A DNA stretch of 64,000 nt from the human T2T-CHM13v2.0 reference genome, Homo sapiens, in the NCBI RefSeq assembly GCF_009914755.1, contig NC_060928.1. One strand, 5' to 3'. Position 1 is the first letter of the stretch; every line of letters begins with the position of its first letter. The notes below the pieces were generated by a model that was given only the letters and a program-made list of their open reading frames with translations, did no database searches and was not told the DNA's origin. Position numbers and translations under genes: made by a program. Below are positions 1-23,358 of this stretch, piece after piece.

Positions 1-169
1 AGGTAAGTCTATCTCTTTGGGTTGAGACATGAAAAGGCTTAATCTTAGAAGTAATGTTGAATTAAAAGTGAACATCTCTTTACTGGGACTGCAGCTTAGC
101 TTCAAGCCATCATACCTAGAATTGAATTGAGGCACTCCTGTATTTCTAGTGTGACCAGGTGCCTGGCAG

Positions 170-1044
170 GAGCTAACATAAATCCTCTCTGCAGAAAAAT
201 GACATCATGCTAGGACTCAAATTATTTCTCCAATTAAAAAATACTATTTTACCATATAATCCAAAATATGGACACAAGGCAATAAATCAACAGGGATGAA
301 ACCCTCCAGGTACAACATACAAGAGAAACAGAGTAATATGACCTCCAGATACCAGGATAGATTTTAAAGTGACTAAGCTTATTATATTCAAAGAGACAGA
401 AGGACAAGACTGGATATTTTGGCAGAGAAGTGGAGCCATAAGAAATGTTGACACGAAAATTCTAGAACTAGTAAGTATGATAATTAAAATTAAACACTCA
501 ATAGATGGGTTTAAAAGCAAAATAGCAACAGTTGCAGAACTATTTGGTAACCCTGAAAATGATTTGCAAGAAAATATGTAGAATAAAGCATAAGAGGTAA
601 AAGGATAAAAATGCCAAAAAGAAGGTAAGGAACAGGGAATATAATGCAATGGTTTATTATTTTGGGTAACTGGAACAAAACAAAAAGAGAAGGAGAAAAG
701 GATAATTGCATTATTGGAAACAATACGGACTAAAAACGTTCCAAAATTTATTGAGGACATTAAGCCATGGACTCAAGAGATCTTACAAAACTGGAAGCAT
801 GACAAATAAAAAAAATCTACATCTAAATACATCATGGTAAGCCTACAGAAAATTAAAGATGAAGAAAATATCTTAAGAGGTAGAAAAGAGAGGATTAACT
901 TCAAAGTAGCAACAATTACTCTGTCAGCTAATCTATCTACAGAAAAAAGGAAGCTGAACACGTAAAATATTTTAATATGCTTAAAAATACATGCCAACCT
1001 AGAGTTCTCTACCAAAATACAATATTCTTCAAGAATGAAGGTGA
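170..1044 (+). mobile_element. Ancient LINE-1 (L1M-type) 5'/ORF1 region, degenerate
   Basis: A-rich sequence with decayed ORF1-like motifs (ctaaatacatcatggtaagcctacagaa; ctagagttctctacca...atattcttcaagaatgaaggtgaa). Boundaries approximate. Confidence 0.6.
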
Positions 1045-1420
1045 ACAAATTGCAGACAAATTCATTTTGTCAGTATTGGGTGACATATTGAGGGAACTTA
1101 CAGACAGAAGCATGGTTGTGAAAGGCAGCAAGACAGACAGATCTCCACACTGTTACTTCCCAGACCCAAGGGTTATATACCACAGGGAAAGGGTATATGT
1201 GCTCCAGCAAGACAGTTAAAGACAATTCTTGTCATTCTCTCAAACAGACAAGAATGCTATGTGCGTCATAGCCTATAATTTGTGTGACAACAACAAGGTT
1301 TGACATGTTCTTACACTAAGGACAGTAAATTAAGTAGAATTAGGAGGCACTCATGGGACTGAGGCTAACAGAAGTCAGCATGGCAGACTAGCATCCGACA
1401 TGGGGTCACCTTTGTTTTCA
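1045..1420 (-). mobile_element. LTR47-like solo LTR
   Basis: Reverse complement begins tgtgaaaacaaaggtgaccccatgtcggatgctagtctgccatgctgacttctg, matching the recalled LTR47 5' end. Confidence 0.7.
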
Positions 1421-1755
1421 CATACACAATGGAATATTGTTCAGCCAAAAAAAAGAAAATGAAATTCTGCCATTTACAGCAACATGGATGGAACTGGAGG
1501 TCATTATGCTAAGTGAAACAAGCCATGCACAGAAAGACAAATATTACATGATTTCACTCATATGTAGGAGTTAAGAAAGTAGATCTCATGAAGATAGAGA
1601 GTAGACTGGTGATTACCAAAGATTGGGGAGTGTTGTGAGGAGGGGGGAGATGAAGAGAGATTGATTAATGGGTTCAAATATACACTTGATAGAAGAAATA
1701 ATAGGACCTAGTATTTGATAGATCAGTATGGTAACTATAGTTTACAATAAAATAA
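1421..1755 (+). mobile_element. L1MA-type 3' end fragment
   Basis: acacaatggaatattgttcagcc...acatggatggaactggaggtcattatgctaagtgaaa: L1 ORF2 end and 3'UTR. Confidence 0.8.
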
Positions 1756-4138
<2,383 letters not shown>

Positions 4139-4145
4139 AGTTATG

Positions 4146-5062
4146 TTATGCATCTGACGAAGGTCTAATATCCAGCATCTATAACGAACTTAAAAAAAAT
4201 TACAAGAGAAAAACAACCCCATTCAAAAGTGGGCAAAGGACATGAACAGACAGTTGTCAAAAGAAGACATACATGTGGCCAACAAACATATGGAAAAAAG
4301 CTCAATATTACTGATCATTAGAGAAATGCAAATCAAAACCACTATGAGATACCATCTCACACTAGTCAGAATGGTTATTATTAAAAAGTTAAAAAAATAA
4401 CAGATGCTGGAGAGGTTGCAGAGAAAAGGGAACACTTATACACTGTTAGTGTGAGTTTAAATTAGCTCAATTATTGTGGAAGGCAGTATAGCAATTCCTC
4501 AAACAGCTAAAAATAGAACTACCATTTGACCCAGCAATCCCATTACTGGGTATATACCTGAAGAATAGAAATCATTCTACCATAAAGACACATGCACATT
4601 AATGTTCATTGCAGCACTATTCACAATAGCAAAGACATGGAATCAACCTAAATGCCCATCAATGACAGACTGGATAAATAAAATGTGGTACATATACACC
4701 ATGGAATACCATGCAGCCATAAAAAGAACAAGATCGTGTCTTTTGTGGGAACATGGATGGAGCTAGAGGCTATTATTTTTAGCAAAATAGCACAGGAACA
4801 GAAAACCAAATACTGCATGTTCTCACTTGTCAATAGGAGCTAAATGAGGAGAACACATAAACACAAACAAGGGAATAATAGATACTTGGGTCTACTTGAG
4901 GGTGGAGGGTAGTAAAAAGGAGAGCAGTAGAAAAAATAACTAATGGTTATTAGGCTTAATACCTTGGTGATGAAATAATCTATACAACAAACCCCCATGA
5001 CATGACTTTACCTACAAAACAAACCTTCACATGTACCCCTGAACCTAAAATAAAAGTCTAAA
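4146..5062 (+). mobile_element. 5'-truncated L1PA13-16-type 3' end
   Basis: ORF2 C-terminus plus 3'UTR ending catgtacccctgaacctaaaataaaagt; TSD aaaattaataagtt at 4125-4138 and 5063-5076. Confidence 0.9.
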
Positions 5063-5146
5063 AAAATTAATAAGTTTTGAAAGATTTCTACAAAATCTAC
5101 AAAAATAACTGCATTTCTATATGCCAGAAGTAAAAATAATTTTCGG

Positions 5147-5492
5147 TGATATGTGTCCCCACCCAAATTTCACCTTGAATTATAATAATCCCCACATGTC
5201 AAGGGCAGGATCCTGTTGAGATCACTGCATCATGGGGGCAGTTTCCCCCATGCAGTTCTAGTGGTAGTGAGTGATTTCGCACAAGATCTGATGGTTTTAT
5301 AAGGGGCTTCTCCTTTCACTCGGCACCCATTCTGCCTCCTGCTGCCCTGTGAAGAGGTGACTTCTGCCATGATTGAAAGTTTCCTGAGGTCTCCCCAGCA
5401 ATGCAGAACTGTGAGTCAATTAAACCTCTTTTCTTTATAAATTACCAAGTCTCGGGTATTTCTTTATAGCAACATGAGAATGGACTAATACA
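5147..5492 (+). mobile_element. THE1 (ERVL-MaLR) solo LTR
   Basis: tgatat..gtgtccccacccaaat...gaactgtgagtcaattaaacctcttttctttataaattacc...gactaataca. Confidence 0.92.
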
Positions 5493-6199
5493 GAAGGTAA
5501 TATTTACATTAAAATGCAACAAAAGTCAAATACCTAGAAATAAACAAAATAAATAATGTGTAAAACCTATATGAAGAAATAAAAAATTTTGAAAAACTAA
5601 GGAAAACCTAAGTAAATAGAAGGAACTATTATTTTCATGAATTAAAAGTCTCAATATCATTGAGTTGCAAATTTTTCCCAATTCATAGATAGGGTAGCCA
5701 AATTATTGTTAGTCCAGTGAAAGAAGGCACTAAATAAATAGTGATTTATTGACCAAGAGGTATTAGTTTTAGTTTATTAGTGGACTTATAAAATATTCCT
5801 GGTCAATTTTCTCCTAAAATCATACTCTTCCTAAAAAATGTAAATAACCTAAAATGGTATACATGTAAGAAAAAAATATTCTATATGGATTATCTAAACC
5901 TTAAAATCATACAAGCAGAATTACTTTTGCTATATATTCACATACTTTAGTCCATTTATTAGCTCCCTTTCTCCTACTAATATCATGTCACTGGTATTTC
6001 CTGAAAATATTATTTTTATTGAATATGGTATTATCTTTAAATTTTTATAAAATTACTTGTAATTATAGGATTTTATTTTATGGCTACAATTGACAACAAC
6101 TTTTTCAATGATTCTTCCTATAGATGATATTTTAATTGTTAAAATACTCTAAAAACATGGCTAAAGTACATCACTTAAATTCTGCTAAATGGGTCATAC

Positions 6200-8725
<2,526 letters not shown>

Positions 8726-9329
8726 AAAATACCTATATCCAAATATTTTTATAAATATTGACTCTGCCACTTTGAAGAGCACTTTTTTTTTGACAAATAT
8801 TTTCATAAGGCAGAATTTGTTAGATAAACCAAAGGCACAGGCAGGCGGCTTTGCAGAGACAGCAAAATCAAATAATTTTCTGCCACGACCCTAAATCAAA
8901 ATGAGTTAGCTACTCCTAGCTCTTCGTGTTTGAGTTCAGTTCATCAACAAGCATTCTGCTTGTTGCCTTTGAATGAGAGGTATTATTAGCATTGTGACAG
9001 AAAAAGATTGATAAAAAGAGGCGGATCATTGCTGGTCAGTTTTCCAATTAAACCATAAGTAAAAGTGAAAATTCTGTTCACTACCCATGTATCTCATCTA
9101 CTTTAGTTGAAAAGATAATCTTTTCAACAAATGGTACTACTACTTCTAGATGTGACCATGCAGAAGCTAGAATTACAAAGTGAGGTATACCCTTTCTAGC
9201 TTATCATAATTCAGTAATAATATGAATAGTGAAAAGGTGAAAAACCTCATAGGAATACTAACCTAGAAAGGATACGAGGGCAACAGGTGTAAACTGTGAC
9301 TGTACTAGGCAAACTAGACCGAATGTCAT

Positions 9330-10441
9330 ATTTTCTACAATTCAATGCAATCTTAATAAGAGCACTAACAGATATTCCAATGGTACCTAACAAACTAATT
9401 TAGAAACATAAATGAAAATGCAAAGAAATAACCAAAATGCTCTTGAAAAAAAGGGACAAGGTAAGATGACTTGCTCTATTGGAAATTAAGACTTATTAAA
9501 AACCTACAGTAATTAAAATTATGTGGTACTGGTACAAGGCACAAATGAATAGGTAAGTGGAATAAATGGAATAATTAATATATGGATAGTTGAATTATGA
9601 GGAAGTTGACACTGTAGAGCTGTAGGGTAATGATTATTTTCACTATTTGTACTAGGACAGTTGGATACTGATATAAAAAATATCTAAATATAAAATTTAA
9701 AATAGCAAAGGTCCTAAAATATAATATACAGGGATATAACATCAACAATTTAGCAAAGGGAAAAATTCCTTACAAGAATTTAAAAAGCACCAAACATAAA
9801 GAAATTAGAGATAAATTAAAAATTTTTATTTATCAAGGTTCACATTAAGACAGTAAAGAGGCAAGTCAGAAAGCTAGATAAGACATTCGCAACACATACA
9901 ACCAATAATTCCTAACAATTAAAATAGACAACATAATAGAAAAAAGGTCAAGGGACTTTGAAAAGCATTTTCAAAAAAAAAAGATAGCCAAATTGTCAAT
10001 AATCATATGAAAAAGTACTCAAGCTCATTAATAATCATGGAAACGCTAATTAAAACTATAATGAGATACTGCTAGACACTCAGCAGATTGGCTAAAATTT
10101 AAAAAGGCTTTGAATCACAAATTTGGGTGAAGATGTGAAGTAGTAAGAACTCTGACTTACTGCTGCTGATAGGAATATAAATCAGTATCATTTTGGAAAA
10201 CTGTTTGGCAATATCTGCTAACGTTGCAGGTAAACATAACCTAAGATGTAATAATTGCACTCCTAGGTATAATACTATCATAAATGCACATACACGAGCC
10301 CCAAGAGACATGCACAAGAATGTTACAGCAGCACTGTCTGTAATTGTCACAACTGGAAACAACTGAAACAGCAAATATTCATCAACAAACTACTAGATTG
10401 CTAAAATGTGGTCTATTCATACAAGAAAATGCTATACAGCA
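9330..10441 (+). mobile_element. Old L1 (L1MD/ME-type) ORF2 3' region; its 3'UTR continues at ~12426-12800
   Basis: attcaatgcaatc; atgtggtactggtacaagg; ctataatgagatactgc; host element split by a younger L1PA. Confidence 0.75.
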
Positions 10442-10453
10442 CCAAAACTTTTA

Positions 10454-12429
<1,976 letters not shown>

Positions 12430-13110
12430 CTACTTCTCACAACAACATGATGAATATTGTAAAAACTGTGGAAAAAAACAAGATAGACAAGAATAGTGTA
12501 TGCTTTATAATATTTATATACAGGGAAGATAAAAACAGAAAGTGCTGTATAAAGTGATTTAGGGATACATACTTATCCAGTAAAACTATAAAGAAAAACA
12601 AAAGATGTGAATAAAACAAAGTAATGGTAATGATTACATTTAAGGAGGGGAGCAATTCAATGGAGGTGAAAGCAAGCCTCTAATGCGCTGGCAATCTTGA
12701 CCTGATGATGGTTGCAGGGGTGTTCACTTTGATAAATCATTGAGGAGAAAGCTTTTTGTTTTATGAATTTTTCTATATTTTGCTATATTTCAACTTTTTT
12801 TGAAAAAGATAACTCTGTAACAGCTCCTTGTTCAGTGTTCATCTCACTTCATTGTTTGGAATATAACCAGCTCAGCCATATTTGCCTGTACCTTCTTCAA
12901 AGCTTACCATGAAAATACTTAATAGCTAATTGGGCAGAGGTTTAAGTGAGGATTTCATACAATTTTAAAAGCTTAAAGAAACAAATTATTAAATAGTAAG
13001 TATGGTGCTGAATGGCATTTTTCCATTCGGAATCACACCAGAACAGAGCATGATCAAGAAAACTGAAACAATAGTGGAAAGCTACATCAACTCCCCGCAT
13101 AAGAATATCT

Positions 13111-13420
13111 GGAGCTGGGTGCAGTGGCTCATGCCTGTAATCCCAGTGCTTTGGGAGGCTGAGGCAGGAGGATCATTTGAGGCCAGGAGTTCCAGACTAG
13201 CCTGGGCAACATTGCGTGATCCCATTTCTACAAAAACTAAAAAAATTAGCCAGGTGTGGTGGCAGGTGCCTATAGTCCTAGCTACTTGGGAGACAAGCAG
13301 GAATATTACTTAAGCCCAAGGGTTGGAGGCTATAGTGAGCTGTGACTACACCACTGCACTCCAGCAGCATAGGTGACAGAGTGAGACTGTCTCAAAAAAA
13401 AAATAAAATAAAATAAAATA
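13111..13420 (+). mobile_element. AluJ
   Basis: Dimer with J diagnostics (ggaggatcatttgaggccaggagtt; ggctatagtgagctgtga) and (AAAAT)n tail. Confidence 0.92.
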
Positions 13421-13538
13421 AGAAGGAGAAGGAGGAGAAAGAGAAGGAAGGGGGTCAGGAGGAGGAGGAGTGGGGGAGGAGGAGAAGGAAGAGGAGGAGA
13501 AGGAGGAGGAGGAGGAGGGCAAGAAGGAGGAAAGAAGA
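13421..13538 (+). repeat. GGA/GAA-rich polypurine tract
   Basis: agaaggagaaggagg...(gga)n adjoining the Alu tail. Confidence 0.9.
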
Positions 13539-13808
13539 CCTGTTTCCACTTATCCTGTCAGGATCACTGTAGTCTGATTATCTCAAGATCTTTCAAATTA
13601 TGAGCCAAAAAGAGATATGAAATTATATCAGGGGATAATGGCTTCTGCTTAGATTACTAAAACTTTAAGACAGGATTTTTTTATTTTGCCAAACTTTGGT
13701 GATTAAAATGGTATTATTGTCAACTAGCTTTAGTTAACTTCAGTGACAGAACATTCAGTTCCAGGAAAAATTTTTATTCATTCTGTGACTGAATTTAAAG
13801 AGCAAAGA

Positions 13809-14119
13809 GGACAGGTGCAGCAGCTCATGCCTGTAATCCCAGCACTTTGAGAGGCTGAGGTGGGCTGGGCGGATCACCTAAGGTCAGAAATTCAAGACCA
13901 GTCTGGCCAACATGGCAAAACCCCATCTCTACTTAAAAAAAAAAAAAAAAAAAAAAAAAAATTGGCACAGTGTAGTGGCAGGTCCCTGTAATCCCAGAGG
14001 CAGGGAGAATCACTTGAACCTGGGTGGTGGAAGAGCTTGCAGTGAGCCAAGATCAGGCCACTGCACTCCAGCCTGAGTGACAGAGCAAGACTCCATCTCA
14101 AAAAAAAAAAAAAAAAAAA
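13809..14119 (+). mobile_element. AluS with expanded central A-tract and right-arm deletion
   Basis: Dimer; A27 at 13935-13961; TSD-like agcaaaga on both sides. Confidence 0.92.
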
Positions 14120-14554
14120 GCAAAGAGAAACATCTCAAACATCTTAGCTTTATGTATTAATTTATTCTATGGAGAAAGAAAAAGTACATGTTAAGATCTG
14201 ATTCTATAATTACTAAAAATCAAGATGTATCTAAAGCTTTGTTGACAGTGTATGCTACTAGTCATCAACAAACAAAAATATACAGAGGTATTAAATAATA
14301 AGACTCATTTGTTAATTTTAAATTCTGTCTCACAATTTAAACAATACAAAAAGTAAGGACATTTGTAAATGATGATAATGAGTTTCAGAAAATTTATAAT
14401 CAATAGAATTGGACAAAATTTTAATAAAAGAAATGCTCTATCAACTGAAAAGCAGTCATATGATTTGACCATTAGGATGTAGAGGTTCTCTTAGGATGGA
14501 TAATGTCAGTACAACAGTAGAGGCAGAAGTCAGAAAAAAATTGAGCAGAAATCA

Positions 14555-15017
14555 AGGCAGTGGAGGCATTAATTTGTTTCCAAATATCCATTCTTCCTTT
14601 TTCTTTTAGTATAAAACCCCTAAATTTAGCTGGATATGTGCCTTTCCTAATAAGTCTATATTTCTCACTCTTCCTTGCAGTTATGTGTGGCCATGTGTCT
14701 AAATTTTGGCCAATAGAATGTGATGTTTGCAACTTCTGTGCTATCCACATCCTCTTCTCCCCTTCCCACTTTTAGAAAAACAGCCATGAGGAGTTGAGCT
14801 GCAGAGATATTTTTAGCCCACGAGGCAGAAGCCGGATGTTAAGGCTGGCAAAACAATGAGATAAAAGGAGTCTGAGTTCCTGCCATTGGAACGGTTATAT
14901 CAGCTGTTGAATTCTTGTTCACACTGTTACATAAGGCAGAAATAAACTCTATCTATAAGCCACTGCCATTTTGGTTTCTTTTTTCCCCCCAAAATGGAAC
15001 CTGGCCTAATTAATACT
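14555..15017 (+). mobile_element. MLT1-type (MaLR) LTR, old
   Basis: ttccttgcagttatgtgtggccatgtgtctaaattttggccaatagaatgtga...agaaataaactctatc...taagccactg...cctaattaatac. Confidence 0.75.
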
Positions 15018-15179
15018 GTAAGCATTGACTCATCTTGAGAAGTTAAGCAGCGACAAGGAGGAAGAAATAAGAAAAACGAAAGATCCTTTTTAGGAAGAGA
15101 GAAACTAACACATTTTCATAGGCTGGGACTTTAATGAAAATACAGAGACCTGTGTTATACAATCAGAAAGAGACCCAAA

Positions 15180-16100
15180 TATGCAGTTAGTGATTCTATA
15201 GTAACAGAAACCTGATCAGTAGTATCCTGTGGCCAGGGTAAACTGAAGGATGACTGCAAAGGAGAACAAGAGCACCTTTTTGGATGATGGACCCTTGCTA
15301 TATTTTGTTTGTAGTCATAGTTATATGAGTATATACATTTATCAAAACCACTGGATGGTATTTTTAATGTTGGTGCATTTTATTGTATGTAAATTATATC
15401 TCAATGAAGTTGATTTTTAAAAAAATTTTAAACATCAACACAAGAAACTAACACAACTAACAGCCTAACACAGAGAATGAACAGAAATCTACATCAAAGT
15501 AAGTCATTATAATATTTTTAGACTATCAGCTACAAAGAAGATCCTATTTTTAAAAAAGAAGAAGAAAAACAAGAAAAAAAGATTACAGGCAAAAGATCCA
15601 AAATCAGCATAGTATCAGATTTCTTTATAGCAATATTGGAATGTTAGAAGAAACACCTTCCAATGCCATGAAGTGATACTTTCAAAACTCTGTGAAAAAA
15701 TGTTTTAGTCCTAGCCACACTGGCAGTTGATTATGAGGACAGAATGTTGACACTTTCAGACATGTCAGAATTCAAAGGCTTTACTTCCTAAGTATCCATT
15801 TATTAAAAAAATAATGGAGAATGTGTTTCACCAATGAAAGCATAAACCAAAAAATGCAGAACATGACAGGTTCAGGTAACAGGAATTGCAACAAAGAAAA
15901 GTGCAAAGAAATCCCTCAGGGAGAGGAAATTGCAGGACCACTGGACTTCAGGTGTAGAAAGTAACCAATCTAGATTGAAACCAGGACAGAGTGCTCCAGG
16001 AAGGCCCTCTCTAAGGAGCAAGGGTGCTCTTGAGAAGTTTGGACCATACAAAACTAAGCAAACCAAACACAGCAGTTATTAACACCAAGGAAAATAGAAA
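15180..16100 (+). mobile_element. Old L1ME-type fragments (3'UTR then ORF1-like)
   Basis: gtatatacatttatcaaaac...ttttattgtatgtaaattatatctcaat; gatttctttatagcaatattggaatgttagaag. Confidence 0.6.
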
Positions 16101-16829
16101 GATTTACACAAAAAGGAATGAAATTTTAACATACTAGGTGGCTCACCTGTGAGCAACATGTTAAACTGTAAACACAATACAATGATTTCACTGAGGACTG
16201 TAATTATAACTTTACTGGTGGATAAAAATTTTTGTATAGGGGAAAATCTTGGGCCTAAATAAGGATAATTTTCCATAAAGAGAAGTTAATAGATAATGCT
16301 TAAAATTAAGAGCATAAATAAAGATGCAGCTGAGTAGGCCTGTTACTAAGGAAAAAAGAAGAAAATACCAAAATAAATGGCTGAAGCAGTTGACCATATT
16401 TCCCTCAGAAACATGAGAATCAGGGTCCAGGAAGGGTAGAGCAGGGCCTACTGGTTTTTTATCATTGTTGTTGTATCTTCAGGTAAATTTTAACTAAGCA
16501 CATGTATTACTTTAAAAATAATAATTTGGAAATGAAATTCAGTTAATGCAAGGATTGAAACCTGCGCATATAATGCCTGACACCAACCCTTTCCTATTTT
16601 TATTGGTACAAGAAGATAGAGGGCATGAAGGAAGAAGTATGCCAACAAAGAGTGAAAAGGCCATCAATGATAACTTGAGGGGATGGAAGACAATGCTCAC
16701 CCACCACAATGGTGCCTAACGCCTGCCCAATTGTGTGTGGAGAAATAGACAGTGTCCCCAGAGGTGTTTTCTTTCTTCCCTGCTTGCTGATAACCATGTG
16801 TGAGACCAGTAAATTCAAAAATACCTAGC

Positions 16830-17055
16830 TAGAGAGAGGGAGCACAGTGCAGCTAAAAGGGCATGAACATTGAAACGGATCTGAATTCTAATCCCCTCTT
16901 TCCCTTATCAGCATAGTCAGCTGAAGCAAATTACTTCTCCAGTTTTCTTACAGGCAATTTGGAGGTAATGATATCTCCCATGCTGATTAATGTAAGAATC
17001 AAGTAAGACTGCAGATATAAAGCATCACGCTCAGGGCTTTGCCCAAAGCAGATGC
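16830..17055 (+). mobile_element. MIR SINE
   Basis: MIR core: ggatctgaattctaatccc...gcaaattacttctccagttttctt...gatataaagcat. Confidence 0.6.
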
Positions 17056-18449
17056 TAATGAAGGTTACTTTCTTTTGTTCTACCGTTGTTTTCCACCATT
17101 TGTAGTAAGTGACTATCAGTTGATTGACTGTGTACATGCACATTTCCTCCTCCTTTTCGTTCTCTTTCTCTTTTCCTCCACCATTCAATCCGAGTTCAAC
17201 TCTAAACTTCCAAATGACACAAAATCTGAAACGAGTTAAAATTAATTTCTTAGAAAGGAACTCACTGCTTCTCTTCACCATCTCCTCCACAAAAAAGTAT
17301 TTCCTGGGTTAGTTTCCCTAAGTAACATTTGCCTCCACTGCAAGGCTATGAAACTGCATTGGCATAGGTTAGCAGAAAAATATGAAAGTGCCTTCCAAGA
17401 TGGCCAAATAGGAACAGCTCTGGTCTTCAGCTCCCAGCATGATCGATGCAGAAGATGGGTGATTTCTGCATTTCCAACTGAGGTACCTGGTTTATCTCAC
17501 AGGGACTGGTTGGACAGTGGGTGCAGCCCATGGAGGGTGAGCCAAAGCAGGGTGGGGTATTGCCTCACCCAGGAAGCACAAGGGGTTGGGGTATTTCCCT
17601 TTCCTACCCAAGGGAAGCTGTGACAGACTGTACCTGGAAAAACAGGACACTCCTGTATGAATACTGTGCTGTTACCAAGGTCTTAGCAACAAGCAGACAA
17701 GGAGATTCTCTCCTATGCCTGGCTCAGTGGGTCCCACACCCACGAAACCTTAATCACTGCCAGTGCAGCAATATGAGATGAAACTGCGAGGCAGCAGCCT
17801 GGTTGGGGGAGGGGTGTCCGCAATTGCTGAGGCTTGAGTAGGTAAACAAAGTGGCCAGGAAGCTCAAACTGGGCTGGGCGGAGCCCACCACAGCTCAGCA
17901 CGGACTACTGCCTCTATAGAATCCACCTCTTTGGGCAGGACATAGCTGAAGAAAAGGCAGCAGACAGCTTCTTTTTTGTTCATAGTTGAACAAAAGGCAG
18001 CAACGTCCCTGTCTGACAGCTCTGAAGACAGCTGTAGTTCTCCCAGCATGGTGGTTGAGCTCTCAGAATGGACAGAATGCCTCCTCAAGTGGGTTCCTGA
18101 CACCTGTGTAGCCAAATGGGGAGATACCTCCCAGTAGGGGCCGACAGACACCTCATATAGGTGGCTGCCCCTCTGGGACAAAGCTTCTAGAGGGAGGATC
18201 AGGCAGCAATTTTTGCTGTTCTGCAATAGTTGCTGTTCTGCAGCCTCTGCTGGTGATACCCAGGCAAACAGGGTCTGGAGTGGACTTCCAGCAAACTTCA
18301 ACAGACCTGCAGCTGAGGGACCTGACTGTTCGAAGGAAAACTAACAAACAGAAAGGAATAGTACCAACATCAACAAAAAGGACATCTACACCAAAACCCC
18401 ACCTGTAGGTCACCAACATCAAAGACCAAAGGTAGATAAAACCACAAAG

Positions 18450-19468
18450 ATGGGGAGAAACTAGAACAGAAAAGCTGAAAATTCTAAAAACCAGAGTGCC
18501 TCTTCTCCTCCAAAGGATCTCAGCTCCTTGCCAGCAATGGAACAAAGCTGGACAGAGAAAGACTTTGACAAGTTGACAGAAGTAGGCTTCAGAAGGTCGG
18601 TAATAACAAACTTCTCCGAGCTAAAGAAGCATGTCCAAACCCATTGCAAGTAAGCTAAAAACCTTGATAAAAGGTTATATGGAAGGCTAACTAGGATAAA
18701 CAGTGTAGAGAAGACCTTAAATGGAGCTAAAAACCATGGCACAAGAACTTCGTGATGCATACATAAGCTTCAATACCTGATTTCATCAAGTGGAAGAAAG
18801 AGTATCAGTGATTGAAGATCAAATTAATGAAATGAAGTGAGAAGAAAAGGTTAGAGAAGAAAAGAGTAAAAAGAAATGAACAAAACCTCCAAGAAATACA
18901 GGACTATGTGAAAAGACCAAATCTATGTTTAATAGATATATCTGAAAGTGATGGGGAGAATGGATCCAAGTTGAAAAACGCTCTTCAGGATATTATCCAG
19001 GACAACTTCCCCAACCTAGCAAAGCAGGCCAACATTCAAATTCAGAAAACACAGAGAACACCACAAAGATACTCCTCGAGGAGAGCAACCTCAAGACACA
19101 TAATTGTCAGATTCACCAAGGTTGAAATGAAGGAAAAAATGTTAAGGGCAGCCAGAGAGAAAGGTTGGGTTACCCACAAAGGGAAGCCCATCAGACAAAC
19201 AGTGGATCTCTCAGGAGAAACCCTTCAAGCCAGAATAGAGTGGGGGCTAATATTCAACATCCTTAAAGAAAATAATTTTCAACCCAGAATTTCACATCCA
19301 GCCAAACTAAGCTTCATAAGAGAAGGAGAAATAAAATCCTTTACAGACAAGCAAATGCTGAGAGATTCTGTCACCACCAGGCCTGCCTTGCAAGAGCTCC
19401 TGAAGGAAGCACTAAACATGGAAAGAAACAATTGGTACCAGCCACTGCAAAAACATGCCAAATTGTAA
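18450..19468 (+). pseudogene. L1 ORF1p, disrupted
   Basis: ATG at 18450 followed by early stop and frameshifts; C-terminal ORF 18908-19468 (RPNL...PALQELLKEAL...QKHAKL). Confidence 0.92.
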
Positions 19469-19531
19469 AGATCATTGATGCTATGAAGAAACTGCATCAA
19501 TTAACAGGCAAAATAACCAGCTAACATCATA

Positions 19532-23358
<3,827 letters not shown>

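Noticed and set aside
1-10. Consensus splice donor AG/GTAAGT at the window start
   Set aside because: The upstream exon is not visible, and a single 8-mer is not sufficient evidence.
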